Shown here one piece after another: positions 30,969 through 40,503 of a DNA stretch of 64,000 bases (the stretch's first letter is position 1; every line of letters begins with the position of its first letter). The stretch comes from Myxococcota bacterium (lineage in GTDB: Bacteria > Myxococcota_A > UBA9160 > SZUA-336). Both the position numbers and the translations under genes were made by a program. Location of the stretch: NCBI GenBank assembly GCA_965247115.1, contig CBDFGR010000002.1:2112001-2176000 (forward strand), given 5' to 3'. Under the pieces are notes generated by a model. The model ran no database searches. It was not told the origin of the DNA and worked only from the letters and a program-made list of their open reading frames with translations.

Positions 30969-31602
30969 GGTCGTTGAACAAACCGAGCGCGTCGTACAGC
31001 CACCGCCTACTCCACCTCTTCCACCCGAAGCCTCCACGCTTCCGTGCACGCATCAGATGCCGTCGAATCTCCTTCTCCACCCAATCTCGAATGAAGTCGA
31101 AGCACCGGCTCGAATGACCCACAGCGAAGTAGTGAACCCATCCCCGCAAGATCGGATTGATGAGCTGCACCACCCGATCCACGGGCTGGGAATGAAAGCG
31201 TCGGAAGATTTCCTTCAGCTTCCGCAGCAACGCCGTTCGCCTACTCAGCTTGGGCGTACACTGCGCCCGCCAAACGCCCCGAAGACTGCGGACGCGGCGG
31301 AACTCGAAGCCCAGGAATCCGAAGCTCTCTCCCTTCGCCAGGTCCACGACCCGGCTCTTCTCCTCATTGATCTCGACGCGAAGCTTGGCGAATTCCCCCC
31401 GAAGTCGTTTCTCCACCGCCCGCAGTAGCCAGTCATGGCGCGGATAGGCGTCGATCAGGATGACGATGTCATCGGCCCAGCGCACGTACTCCACGTACGT
31501 GTACCGGCCCTGACGCGTGGTCTCTTTCGCTCGCTCCAGCATCCGATCCACCTCGGTGAGGTAGAGGTTGCTGAGCAGCGGTGAGATCACGCCACCCTGA
31601 GG
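30969..31602 (-). pseudogene. Group II intron RT/maturase fragment (RT4 to domain X)
   Basis: [38 protein letters not shown]; no intron RNA ends. Confidence 0.9.
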
Positions 31603-31614
31603 AAGGGCGCGGAC

Positions 31615-31644
31615 TTGACAGGATCTCGACCACCAGAACAGAAT
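31615..31644 (+). promoter_or_regulatory. Sigma70-type promoter
   Basis: TTGACA-18-CAGAAT upstream of GGGAGG and ATG 31662. Confidence 0.5.
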
Positions 31645-31661
31645 CGCGAGAGGGAGGCTCG

Positions 31662-33011
31662 ATGGCAAAAACGCGTGCGGACGTGTCGGGGCAGATGAAG
31701 GCGATCCGGGAGGAGCTCCAAGCTCTGATGCCCGGCTCTCAAAAGCTGAAGGAAAAGCACGGTCGCGTGCTGGCCCAGGAGCTGGTGGGAACGGTCGATC
31801 TCCCGAATGAGTTCTACGTGCAGAGCGCCAGGGGCTCCCGGGTGACCGACGTCGACGGTCGCGAGTACATCGATCTCACCATGGGATTAGGGCCGCTGCT
31901 GCTGGGTCACAACCCGGAGGTGGCCGTCGCGGCTGCGCGGCAGACGGCGGCGGAGGTGGGGCTCCACCTGGGCCTGCCGAGCCCCTACCAGGGGGAGCTC
32001 GCGGAGCTGGTGGTCGAGGCGTCTCCGTGCGCCGACAAGGTCGCGTTCTACAATTCCGGGACCGAGGCAACGATGGCCGCGCTTCGCGCCGCCCGGGCCT
32101 ACTCGGGAAAGACCAAGGTGGCGGTCTTCGTGGGGTCGTATCACGGGTCGCATGACTACGTACTCGTCCGACCCGACCCGCGTTCGAATCCCGACCGACC
32201 GCAGACTCGGCCGCTGGGACACGGGATTCCGCGCGAGACCCTGGACCAGCTGCTTATCCTCCCCTACCGCAGTTCCGCCGCATTCGAGCTGATCCGGCAG
32301 CACAAGGACGAGCTGGCGCTCGTGATGCTCGAGCCCGTGCAGAGCTCCAACCCGCGCCTGGACGTGGGACCCTTCCTGCAGGAGCTTCGATCGGTGTGCA
32401 GCGACTCGGGCGTGCTGCTCTTGCTGGACGAGGTGATCACCGGCTTCCGGCTGGGATACCGCGGGGCACAGGACTTCTTCGGAGTGAAGGCGGATCTGGC
32501 GAGCTATGGCAAGGTGCTGGGCGGTGGCACACCGATCGGCGCGGTCGCGGGGTCGGACGAGCTGATGGCGTGCTTCGGTCAGATCTTGAGCGGGGGGACT
32601 TTCTGCGGCAATCCGATGTCGATGCGCGTGGGCAGCGCGGTGCTCAGAACCCTGCGAGCAAACCCCGAGATCTACTCGCGTCTGGCGAGCGAGTCGGAGC
32701 GCCTGGCGCACGCGATCAACGGGTTCTGCGAGGCCGAGCGCATTCCGGCTCGTCTGATGAACGCCCAGTCGCAGTTCAAGCTCGTTTTCACCGATCAGCC
32801 GGTGAACAGCGCATGGGATCTGCCGTCCCCGCGTAGCCCCGAGGCCGAGATCGAGAAGCTCTTCTACGCCCATCTGCACAAGAACGGCGTCGTCGTGCCC
32901 GGCGCTCACGTCTTCTTCCTGTCCGCGGCGCACACGCAAGAGGACGTCGACGCTGTGATCGAGGCGTTCCAGAGCTCGTTCCTCGAGCTGCGAGAGGCCG
33001 GGGTGCTCTAG
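31662..33011 (+). CDS. Class III aminotransferase (GSA aminomutase-like)
   Basis: NSGTEAT, SYHG, DEVITGFR, YGKVLGGG, GTFCGNP. Confidence 0.88.
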   Translation: MAKTRADVSGQMKAIREELQALMPGSQKLKEKHGRVLAQELVGTVDLPNEFYVQSARGSRVTDVDGREYIDLTMGLGPLLLGHNPEVAVAAARQTAAEVGLHLGLPSPYQGELAELVVEASPCADKVAFYNSGTEATMAALRAARAYSGKTKVAVFVGSYHGSHDYVLVRPDPRSNPDRPQTRPLGHGIPRETLDQLLILPYRSSAAFELIRQHKDELALVMLEPVQSSNPRLDVGPFLQELRSVCSDSGVLLLLDEVITGFRLGYRGAQDFFGVKADLASYGKVLGGGTPIGAVAGSDELMACFGQILSGGTFCGNPMSMRVGSAVLRTLRANPEIYSRLASESERLAHAINGFCEAERIPARLMNAQSQFKLVFTDQPVNSAWDLPSPRSPEAEIEKLFYAHLHKNGVVVPGAHVFFLSAAHTQEDVDAVIEAFQSSFLELREAGVL

Positions 33012-33043
33012 AGCCTACCTTCCAAACCCAAGGGGGACCCTCC

Positions 33044-33385
33044 GTGATCTTCGAGATTCGCAACTACCACTACGAGCCAACTCTCATGCAGGCCTACAAG
33101 GAGTGGGCCCAACAGCGCGCCCTTCCATACCTCCGGGAGCACCCAGACCTAGACTTGGTCGGGTTCTGGGTAAACTTGGACGAGCCGGTGCAGGTCGATG
33201 GCAAGCCGCTCGACGAGCTCGGCTCGGCCACGGTGACCTGGATCCTGCGCTGGGACGATCTCGCCGTACGCAACGCCACCATGGACAAGTTGCTGGACAC
33301 GCCCGAGTGGCAGGCGATCATGAAGACCAACCCCGGCTTCGAGTACTACCACCGGACCGAGGTGAAGTTCGCGGAGGAGCTCTGA
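33044..33385 (+). CDS. NIPSNAP-family protein
   Basis: IFEIRNY..LVGFW..TWILRWDDL. Confidence 0.7.
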   Translation: MIFEIRNYHYEPTLMQAYKEWAQQRALPYLREHPDLDLVGFWVNLDEPVQVDGKPLDELGSATVTWILRWDDLAVRNATMDKLLDTPEWQAIMKTNPGFEYYHRTEVKFAEEL

Positions 33386-33425
33386 GCCGGGCTACTCCGA
33401 CGGCAGGCGCATCGCGCCCTCTTCG

Positions 33426-34367
33426 TCAGCTCGACCTCCACCCCCGCCAGCTCCAGAACGCGGCGCCCAGTTTGTTGAGGAAATCCCGCTCGTAGGCGGC
33501 GTCGGGCGCTCCGCGGACGAGACGGTCGATGGTGTGGGCGTCGTCTCCCACGAGGATGCGCCAGCGCTCGCCGCGAACTCCCGCCAGGATGATCGACGCC
33601 GCCTGCGCCGCGCTCGTGGGCGCCGAGTCCCGAAACGCGGTCCCCACCTGCTGGGTGGTCGCCGCGAGCTGTGCGTCGGTCATGTCCGCGCCACCGGCTC
33701 CGAACATCTCGCGCAGGGCGTCGGGCCCGCCGCCGAGCACGGCCTGCGAGTTCAGGATGATCGGTGTGCCGATGTGTCCGGGCATCACGACCGACACCTT
33801 GACGTGCGGTGCGTGCAGCCGGAGGTCCGTCACGAGGGCCTCGCTGAAGCCCTTCACCGCGAACTTGGCCGCGGAGTACGCGGTGTGCGCGGCGTCGGGC
33901 CCCGCCGACGCGAAGAACCCGTTGACGCTGCTCGTGTTGACCAGGTGCCCGCCGTCGCTGGCCACCAGCAGCGGCAGGAACGCGCGGGTGCCGTAGTAGA
34001 CGCCGTACCAGCACACCGCGAAGGTCTTCTCCCACTGCGCCCGATCGTCGCGCAGGAAGCTCCCGCCCCCCGAGATCCCCGCGTTGTTGAAGAGCAGGTG
34101 AATGTGGTCGGTCGCGTGGCGCTCCGTCACGTCGTCGCGGAACGCGAGCATCTGCGCCTCGTCAGAGACGTCGGCGCGAAACGCGCTGATGCGCAGCCCC
34201 TCGGGAGCGCCCTCGCGGCAGAGGCCGACGGTCTCCTCCATGTTCTCGGCCGAAAGGTCGCACATCGCCACGTGACAGCCCTGGGTGGTGAGCTGCCGGG
34301 CGAGTTCGCGCCCCATGCCCGTCCCGCCGCCGGTGATGACGGCGAGCTTGCCGTCAAAGCTCTGCAT
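33426..34367 (-). CDS. SDR oxidoreductase
   Basis: TGGGTGMG, LFNNAG, YSAAK, VMPG. Confidence 0.9.
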   Translation of the reverse strand: MQSFDGKLAVITGGGTGMGRELARQLTTQGCHVAMCDLSAENMEETVGLCREGAPEGLRISAFRADVSDEAQMLAFRDDVTERHATDHIHLLFNNAGISGGGSFLRDDRAQWEKTFAVCWYGVYYGTRAFLPLLVASDGGHLVNTSSVNGFFASAGPDAAHTAYSAAKFAVKGFSEALVTDLRLHAPHVKVSVVMPGHIGTPIILNSQAVLGGGPDALREMFGAGGADMTDAQLAATTQQVGTAFRDSAPTSAAQAASIILAGVRGERWRILVGDDAHTIDRLVRGAPDAAYERDFLNKLGAAFWSWRGWRSS

Positions 34368-34400
34368 CTCCTCGCTCCTCTCTTGCGGACGCCGCGCCGC

Positions 34401-34878
34401 CTACGCGGTCGCACCGGCCTTGGTGGCCAGAAACAGCTGGTGCATGGCATTCTCCACGTCGAGCCGCTCGAAGTGGACGAAGCCCGCCTCGTGCGCCAGC
34501 GCCCGCCATCAGCTCGGGCACGCGCTGGACGCATGCCTGCGCGTACTGGAACCCGCCTCCGAGGAAGGACGGGTGGCCGTCCTCCGCCAGCACGCGGGCC
34601 TGCTCAGGGGTGATCGAGAACGACCCGTCGGTCGCGTCGTACTCGACGTACTCGGCGGCAGCCATGGCCGCCGCCCACTTGCGCAGGTAGCGCTGGTCGA
34701 GGCCGGTCCGGTCCGCGAGGGCCTGCGACGTCGCGGAGCCCGCCTCGGCCAGGGCCCGGAACATGCCCAGCCGGTCCCCGATGTAGGCGAGGGCGACGGT
34801 ATGCGCGCCGCCCCAGTCCTGGAGTACGGGCGCGGCGAACCGGTTGACCGCTTCGGGGTCCGGGGGGCGCAGGGTCAT
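34401..34878 (-). pseudogene. HTH + SAM methyltransferase with internal deletion
   Basis: N-terminus IGDRLGMFRAL..RYLRKW joined out of frame to C-terminus LAHEAGFVHFERLD; SAM core missing. Confidence 0.7.
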
Positions 34879-35149
34879 GGCCAGAGACCTCCCTTCGGGT
34901 CTCGGAGCTTACCAGCCCCTGGAGTCGGTCGAGGTGGCCGCTCCCGCCGAGCCCCTGCGGGCGAATCAGGTCGGCGGCGCTGGGAACCGCCGCGGAGTGC
35001 GAGGTGGCGCTGCGGCACTTCGAGGGCGTCGTGGACGAAGTGGGGCTCGTGAACGTGTCCTACTCCGCCCGCGGCGCGGACCTTGGGACGGGCTTTCGCG
35101 ACCTGATCCGCCTGGGCGCCCGCGTGAAGAAGGCCGCCTAGGCTCCGCC

Positions 35150-36334
35150 TCAGGCGACGGTGGCGCTCGAGCGGAGCCTGGCGATTTCCTCGGGCGTCTT
35201 TCCGAGCTCGCGCAGCACCGCGTCGGTGTGCTCTCCGAGCGCGGGGGCGGCGGTGCGAATCGACGTCGGGGTGCCCTCGAAGCGCGTGGCCGGGCGCGGC
35301 TGCCGGACGCGACCCAGGCTCTCGAAGTCCTGCTCCACGATCAGCTCGTTCACGATGACCTGCGGGTCGTCGCGCACCTCGGCGCGGCTTCGCATGGGCG
35401 CGCACGGCACGCCGGCCTGGTCGAGGATGCGGGAGATCTCGGCGATGCTCATGCCTGCGAACAGAGTCCGCAGCTCGGCCTGGAGCGCCGCGAAGTTCTT
35501 GCCGCGCCGGTTGGCCGAGCGGAAGCGCTCGTCCTTGATCAGGTCGGGGCGATCCACGGCCAGGCACATCGCGCGCCACTCCACGTTCGAGCCGGGATAG
35601 ATCGCCATGAAGCCGTCCGCCGCCTCGAACACCGCGTAGATGTCCGCCATCGTCAGGCCGCGCTTGACGTCGTCGCCGACGAAGGTCTCGTTGACCATGC
35701 CGTCGGGCCAGAGAAACGCGACGGCCGCGTCGAGCATGGCCAGCCGCACGTGCTGTCCCCCCTTGCCCGAGGCCCGCGCGAGCAGCGCCGCCGTGATCGC
35801 CTGCGCCGCGGTGAGCGAGGTGACCTTGTCGCAGACGACGTTTCGCACGTAGTCGGGCCGTCCAACGGAGGGGTCGGTCTGCGTCTCGACCATTCCCGAG
35901 ATCATCTGGATCACAGGGTCGTAGACGCGCTTCCCGGCGTAGGGCCCCCGATCGCCAAACCCGGAGATCGAGACGTAGACCAGATCGTCCTTGACGCGTT
36001 TCAGGTCCTCGTAGCCGATGCCCAAGCGTTCCACGGCGCCGGGCCGGAAGTTCTGGACCACCGCGTCCGCGCTCCGGACCAGCTCGAGCAGCAAATCGAC
36101 TCCCGCCGGGGTCTTCAAGTCGACCACGATCGAGCGCTTGTTCCGGTTGACCGACGCGAAGAATGTGGAGACCGTGCCGCGGCGGTAGCCGACCGTGCGC
36201 ACCATGTCGCCGATGCGGGGCGGTTCGACCTTGATCACGTCGGCGCCCTGGTCGGCCAGGATCTGGGTGGCGAACGGTCCGGAGACGATCGCCGTGAGAT
36301 CGATGATTCGGAAGCCCTCGAGCGGACCTGTCAT
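35150..36334 (-). CDS. Class III CoA-transferase (CaiB/BaiF)
   Basis: GPLEGFRIIDL, GADVIKVEPP, NRNKRS, NFRPG, PALGEHT. Confidence 0.92.
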   Translation of the reverse strand: MTGPLEGFRIIDLTAIVSGPFATQILADQGADVIKVEPPRIGDMVRTVGYRRGTVSTFFASVNRNKRSIVVDLKTPAGVDLLLELVRSADAVVQNFRPGAVERLGIGYEDLKRVKDDLVYVSISGFGDRGPYAGKRVYDPVIQMISGMVETQTDPSVGRPDYVRNVVCDKVTSLTAAQAITAALLARASGKGGQHVRLAMLDAAVAFLWPDGMVNETFVGDDVKRGLTMADIYAVFEAADGFMAIYPGSNVEWRAMCLAVDRPDLIKDERFRSANRRGKNFAALQAELRTLFAGMSIAEISRILDQAGVPCAPMRSRAEVRDDPQVIVNELIVEQDFESLGRVRQPRPATRFEGTPTSIRTAAPALGEHTDAVLRELGKTPEEIARLRSSATVA

Positions 36335-36424
36335 GCTGGCGACCCTCCCCTGTCGAAGCGCTCGCGGCGATCATCCAGTATCGGCGAATGGCGCGTCAAG
36401 TCAGCTGCGAGGAGCGGTCTGCCG

Positions 36425-36920
36425 ATGGACCGCGAAGGCCTCGACCACTACTCCAGCTCGGTCGTCGCGCTCGACGGCGACAGCGGCGAGGTGGTCTGGC
36501 ACTTCCGGATGGTCTACCACGACCTCTGGGACTACGACACGCCCGCGCAGCCGACCCTGATGGAGCTGCGCAAGGACGGCGAGACGATCCCGGTCGTCGT
36601 GCAGGTCATGAAGATGGGCATGACCTTCGTACTGAACCGGGAGACCGGCGAGCCGGTGTACCCGGTCGAGGAGCGTCCCGTGCCGCAGCAACCCGCGCCG
36701 GGCGAATACCTCTCGCCGACGCAGCCTTTCCCCACGCACGCCCCGCACCTGCTGCCGCCGATCAGCGCGGACGACGCGTGGGGCTTCACCTTCTGGGACC
36801 GCGGGGCCTGCCGCGACCGCCTGAACGAGCTACGGAACGACGGGATCTACACCCCGCCCACGCTCGAAGGCTCGATCCTGTACCCGAGCAACGGCGGCGG
36901 GAACAACTGGGGCTCACCTG
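36425..36920 (+). pseudogene. Internal fragment of PQQ glucose/quinate dehydrogenase
   Basis: SSVVALD..HDLWDYDTPAQP..EERPVP..SPTQPF..GGNNWG. Confidence 0.8.
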
Positions 36921-36990
36921 CGAACATGTCCGCCCGTGCCAGCGGGATTCGAAGGCCCCTGAACCGGGCCCCAAGGGCATCGGGGCGCGC

Positions 36991-37641
36991 CTACATGCGT
37001 ATGCCGGCGGCCCTGGCCATCGGGTGGATGCTCTGCCCGGCGCTTGGCCGCGCGCCCATTCTCCGGTACCAGGCATCGAGGTTCTTGTTGGACTCGTCCA
37101 GCGGCTGGCCGACGCTCGGTGCGATGTCGAGCATGCAGTAGAGGTGAAGGTCGACGAGCCGCAGCTTGTCGCCGGCGATGTAGTCGCGCCCCGCGATCAG
37201 CCCGTCGAGCCACTGCTGGTTCTCGCGCGCGATTGCCTTCAGATCGTCGGACGCCTGCGGGATCACGTGGAGTCGATCCTTGAACATCGCGAGCCCCTCG
37301 CCGTAGCGGTAGCCGTTCGCCAGCGGCTCGGTGATGTTGAGCTCGCAGCGGCGCTGCCACATGCGCGTCTTGGCGCGCTCCTCGGGGGTCTCCCCGATCA
37401 GCGGCGGGTCGGGGTACTTCTCGTCCAGGTACTCGCAGATCGCGATCGTCTCCGACAGGATGCTCCCGTCGTCGAGTTCGAGACTGGGCACCTGCCCGCT
37501 CGGATTGAGCTTCTTGTAGGCGTCGCCGCGGTTTTCGCCGGCGTCGATGTCGATCTCCTCGGTCGGGAGCTCGATTCCTTTCTCCATCATGAACATCCGC
37601 ACCAGGCGGGGATTGGGGCCGAGCGAGTTGTAGAGCTTCAT
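36991..37641 (-). CDS. Glutathione S-transferase family protein
   Basis: GPNPRLVR, NPSGQVP, LSETIAICEYL. Confidence 0.9.
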   Translation of the reverse strand: MKLYNSLGPNPRLVRMFMMEKGIELPTEEIDIDAGENRGDAYKKLNPSGQVPSLELDDGSILSETIAICEYLDEKYPDPPLIGETPEERAKTRMWQRRCELNITEPLANGYRYGEGLAMFKDRLHVIPQASDDLKAIARENQQWLDGLIAGRDYIAGDKLRLVDLHLYCMLDIAPSVGQPLDESNKNLDAWYRRMGARPSAGQSIHPMARAAGIRM

Positions 37642-37689
37642 GCGACCTCCAGTCGAATGCGTCGTTGGGGCAGTCTACCACGCCCCTTG

Positions 37690-37879
37690 CTGGCACATCT
37701 GATCGATGTGCCAGCCTTGGAGCGAGCCCACCAGCGCATGCGCAAGAATGCGGCGGTGGGTGTGGATGGGGTCACAAAGGAGAAATACGGGCAGGACCTG
37801 GAGCGAAATCTCCGGGACCTACACGTTCGGATGAAGGCGAAGCGCTATCGCCATCAGCCGATCCGGCGGGTCCATATCC
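37690..37879 (+). pseudogene. Group II intron RT N-terminal fragment (RT0-RT1)
   Basis: LAHLID..AAVGVDGVT..NLRDLH..YRHQPIRRVHI. Confidence 0.82.
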
Positions 37880-37931
37880 GTCGTTGTTCGAGTCGAGGAA
37901 GAAGCGATCCTCGCCGATGAACGGACAGAGG

Positions 37932-39638
37932 CTAGCCGGCGGCGAGCGGCCCGCGCAGCACCCTGCCTGGCAGCGCGCCTGTAGGCTCCGAGCCCCGCAG
38001 GATTGGCTCTCCGTTCACGATCGAGTGCTCGATCCCGCGCGACTTCTGCAGGTAGCGACGCGCGCCCCCCGGCAGGTCGTAGACGACCTCGGGCAGCAGC
38101 GGCGCCACCTGGTCGGGATCGAAGGCGATCAGATCCGCCGCGAAGCCCTCGCGCACCAGACCCCGGTCCGAGAAGCCCCAGGCGCTCGCGATGTCGAAGC
38201 TGAGCATGCGCACGGCTTCACTCAGGGTCAGGGCTCCCTTCTCGCGCACCCAGTGGGCGAGCACGTGGGTCTGCAGGGACGAATCCATGATCTGTGAGAC
38301 GTGCGCGCCGGAGTCGGAGAAGGTCACCGCCGAGCGCGGATGACGCATCATCTCGAGCACGTGGTCCTGGTCCTCGTTCGCGAGCGGTTGCAGGAACAGC
38401 TGCTTCAGGTCCTTCTCGAGCGAGAGTTCGATCATCGCGTCCGCCGGATGCAGACCCCGGGCCTTCGCGACCTGGTTCAGCGAGGGGTGTGGACCCTCGA
38501 CCTTGTCGAGCGCGAGGATCCAGTCGTAGTCCGGGCGCCGCGGCTCGGCTCCGACCGCTCGCCCGCCGAGGCGTCCGGCCTTGGCGGACTCGACCAGCTT
38601 CGCGCGCAGCTCGGGATCGCGCAGGCGGCGCTTCTGATCCTCGAGCGGCAGCGAGCGCAGCTCGCGCCAGACCGGATAGTGGTCGAAGGGCATGTTCGTC
38701 TCGAAGCTCAGCACCGCGTTGAGGGCGCGGCTGTGCACCTGCGCGAACATCCGGCCACCGGCCGCGGCCGTCTCGTCGAGGAGCTCCATGTATTGCCGCC
38801 AGTAATCGGGCGCTCCACGAATCGAGAAGATGCCCCAGGTGACCGTGACCCCGGTGTCGACCGCGAGGTCGCGCAGCCACTCCAGGTAGTCGCGGATCCG
38901 CTCGGGGTCGCGATCGGGGTCCTCGCCGGCGATCTCGAAGATGCCGGCTCCCGTCTCGCCCATTGCCGCCACCAGGGCGCGCACCTCGTCCCAGCTCGCG
39001 ACGCGACTGGCCACCGGCTGCCCGTCGGGCGTCTGGTGGTGGTGCGTACGCGAGGTCGTGAAGCCCAGCGCCCCCGCGCGCACAGAGGCCACCAGCTCGC
39101 GCTTCATGGCCTCGAGCTCGTCGGCGGTAGGCGCGTCCGTGAAGGCGCGCTCGCCCATCACGTGCGTGCGCAGTGCGGAGTGGCCGACGTAGCCGGAGTA
39201 GTTGATGCCCTTGGGCAGGGCGTCGAGCCGGTCCAGATACTCGGGATAGGTCGCCCAGCTCCACTTGATGCCGGCCTCCATGGCCTCGGCCGAGATGTCC
39301 TCGGCGCGCTCGAGGTTACGGAGCACGAGCGCCTTGTCCCGCTCGCGGCAGGGGGCCAGCGTGAAGCCGCAGTTGCCCATCACCACGCTGGTGACGCCGT
39401 GATAGCAGGAGGAGGTCCCCAGCGGATCCCAGCACACCTGGGCGTCCATGTGCGTGTGGCCGTCCACGAAGCCGGGTGCGACGTGCAGCCCGTCGGCATC
39501 GATCGTGCGCCCGGCCTGCTCGCGAATCCGGCCGACGCGGGCGATGCGTCCGTTGCGCACCCCGATGTCTGCCGGATACGGCGCGCCTCCCGAGCCGTCT
39601 ACGATCGTCCCCCCTCGAACCACCAGGTCGTACGCCAT
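37932..39638 (-). CDS. N-acyl-D-amino-acid deacylase-like amidohydrolase (paralog)
   Basis: YDLVVRGG, GFVDGHTHMD, GNCGF, SDSGAH. Confidence 0.9.
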   Translation of the reverse strand: MAYDLVVRGGTIVDGSGGAPYPADIGVRNGRIARVGRIREQAGRTIDADGLHVAPGFVDGHTHMDAQVCWDPLGTSSCYHGVTSVVMGNCGFTLAPCRERDKALVLRNLERAEDISAEAMEAGIKWSWATYPEYLDRLDALPKGINYSGYVGHSALRTHVMGERAFTDAPTADELEAMKRELVASVRAGALGFTTSRTHHHQTPDGQPVASRVASWDEVRALVAAMGETGAGIFEIAGEDPDRDPERIRDYLEWLRDLAVDTGVTVTWGIFSIRGAPDYWRQYMELLDETAAAGGRMFAQVHSRALNAVLSFETNMPFDHYPVWRELRSLPLEDQKRRLRDPELRAKLVESAKAGRLGGRAVGAEPRRPDYDWILALDKVEGPHPSLNQVAKARGLHPADAMIELSLEKDLKQLFLQPLANEDQDHVLEMMRHPRSAVTFSDSGAHVSQIMDSSLQTHVLAHWVREKGALTLSEAVRMLSFDIASAWGFSDRGLVREGFAADLIAFDPDQVAPLLPEVVYDLPGGARRYLQKSRGIEHSIVNGEPILRGSEPTGALPGRVLRGPLAAG

Positions 39639-39794
39639 GCAGAGCTCCTCCTGGACCCGCATCTTACGCCGATTTCGCCGGCTTCGCGAAGGCGCGCCGG
39701 TCCCTCGGAGCCTGCGCGGGGGCTCGTCGATACGGGCCCCCCGCGACGGGCGCCAGGCGGCCGCCGGAAGGGCTTTTGGGGACGAGCAGGAGTA

Positions 39795-39828
39795 GCGGAC
39801 GCGGGTTCGATTGCGGCCGCCTGCACCA
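39795..39828 (+). other. Degenerate tmRNA/tRNA-like 3' end (possible att remnant)
   Basis: GGACGCGGGTTCGATTGCGGCCGCCTGCACCA resembles the tmRNA end GACGCGGGTTCGATTCCCGCCGCCTCCACCA; no 5' part seen. Confidence 0.55.
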
Positions 39829-40123
39829 CCAACTCGAGCGTTGGCTCGGTGACCAGGAGGGTCGTCTGCTCGGATAGCAATCAGCAAGGGGAACAAACCG
39901 CCCGCGGCGTCCCCACCAGATGAGCGGGCACCCGTTCGATCGCGCGGAGACGTCGCTCAACTGGATCAGGTCCACACGCCGTCGCGTCCCTCGAGCCCCT
40001 ACACCGTGGGGGGCGCGCGGTCGCGGTAGCGGCGCTCGATGCGCGCCCCCCAAATGCCCGACGGCTCGCCAGGATGCGAGTCGGCCGAGCTTAGGGCTCG
40101 GTCATCGCGCTCCCCTCCGACGG

Positions 40124-40503
40124 CGTGTCTAGGTGGCCAGGCGCTTGGCTTCGTCGTCGGCGCTCGGCTCTTCGATCCTGTAGAGGTCGCGCCCGTTCTC
40201 CCACAGGATCTTGCGTCGCACCGACTCCTCGCAGTCCGCGAGCCCGGCGTCGATGCGCTTGTGCACCTCGTCGCCGTAGAGCGAGGTGGGGTGGGGGAAG
40301 TCGGTCTCGAACAGGATGTTGTCGACACCCACCTTGTCGATCAAGCGCCGCGGGGCGACCTGCTCGAACCAGTAGCAGGCGTAGATGTTACGGGCGAAGT
40401 ACTCCGAGGGATTCAGCTCGAAGGCGGGGTTCTCCTGGCGCACCCGGTTGCCGTGGAACTGGTAGTCGAGGGCCTCGAGGGTAAAGGGGATCCAGCCGAT
40501 GCC
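40124..40503 (-). repeat. 380-bp copy of the 3' end of amidohydrolase 18150-18529
   Basis: Direct match with three substitutions seen. Confidence 0.93.

Noticed and set aside
18150..40503. Diversity-generating retroelement (RT plus repeated C-terminal segment)
   Set aside because: The RT pieces are broken group II intron type, and the three repeat differences are not adenine-specific.
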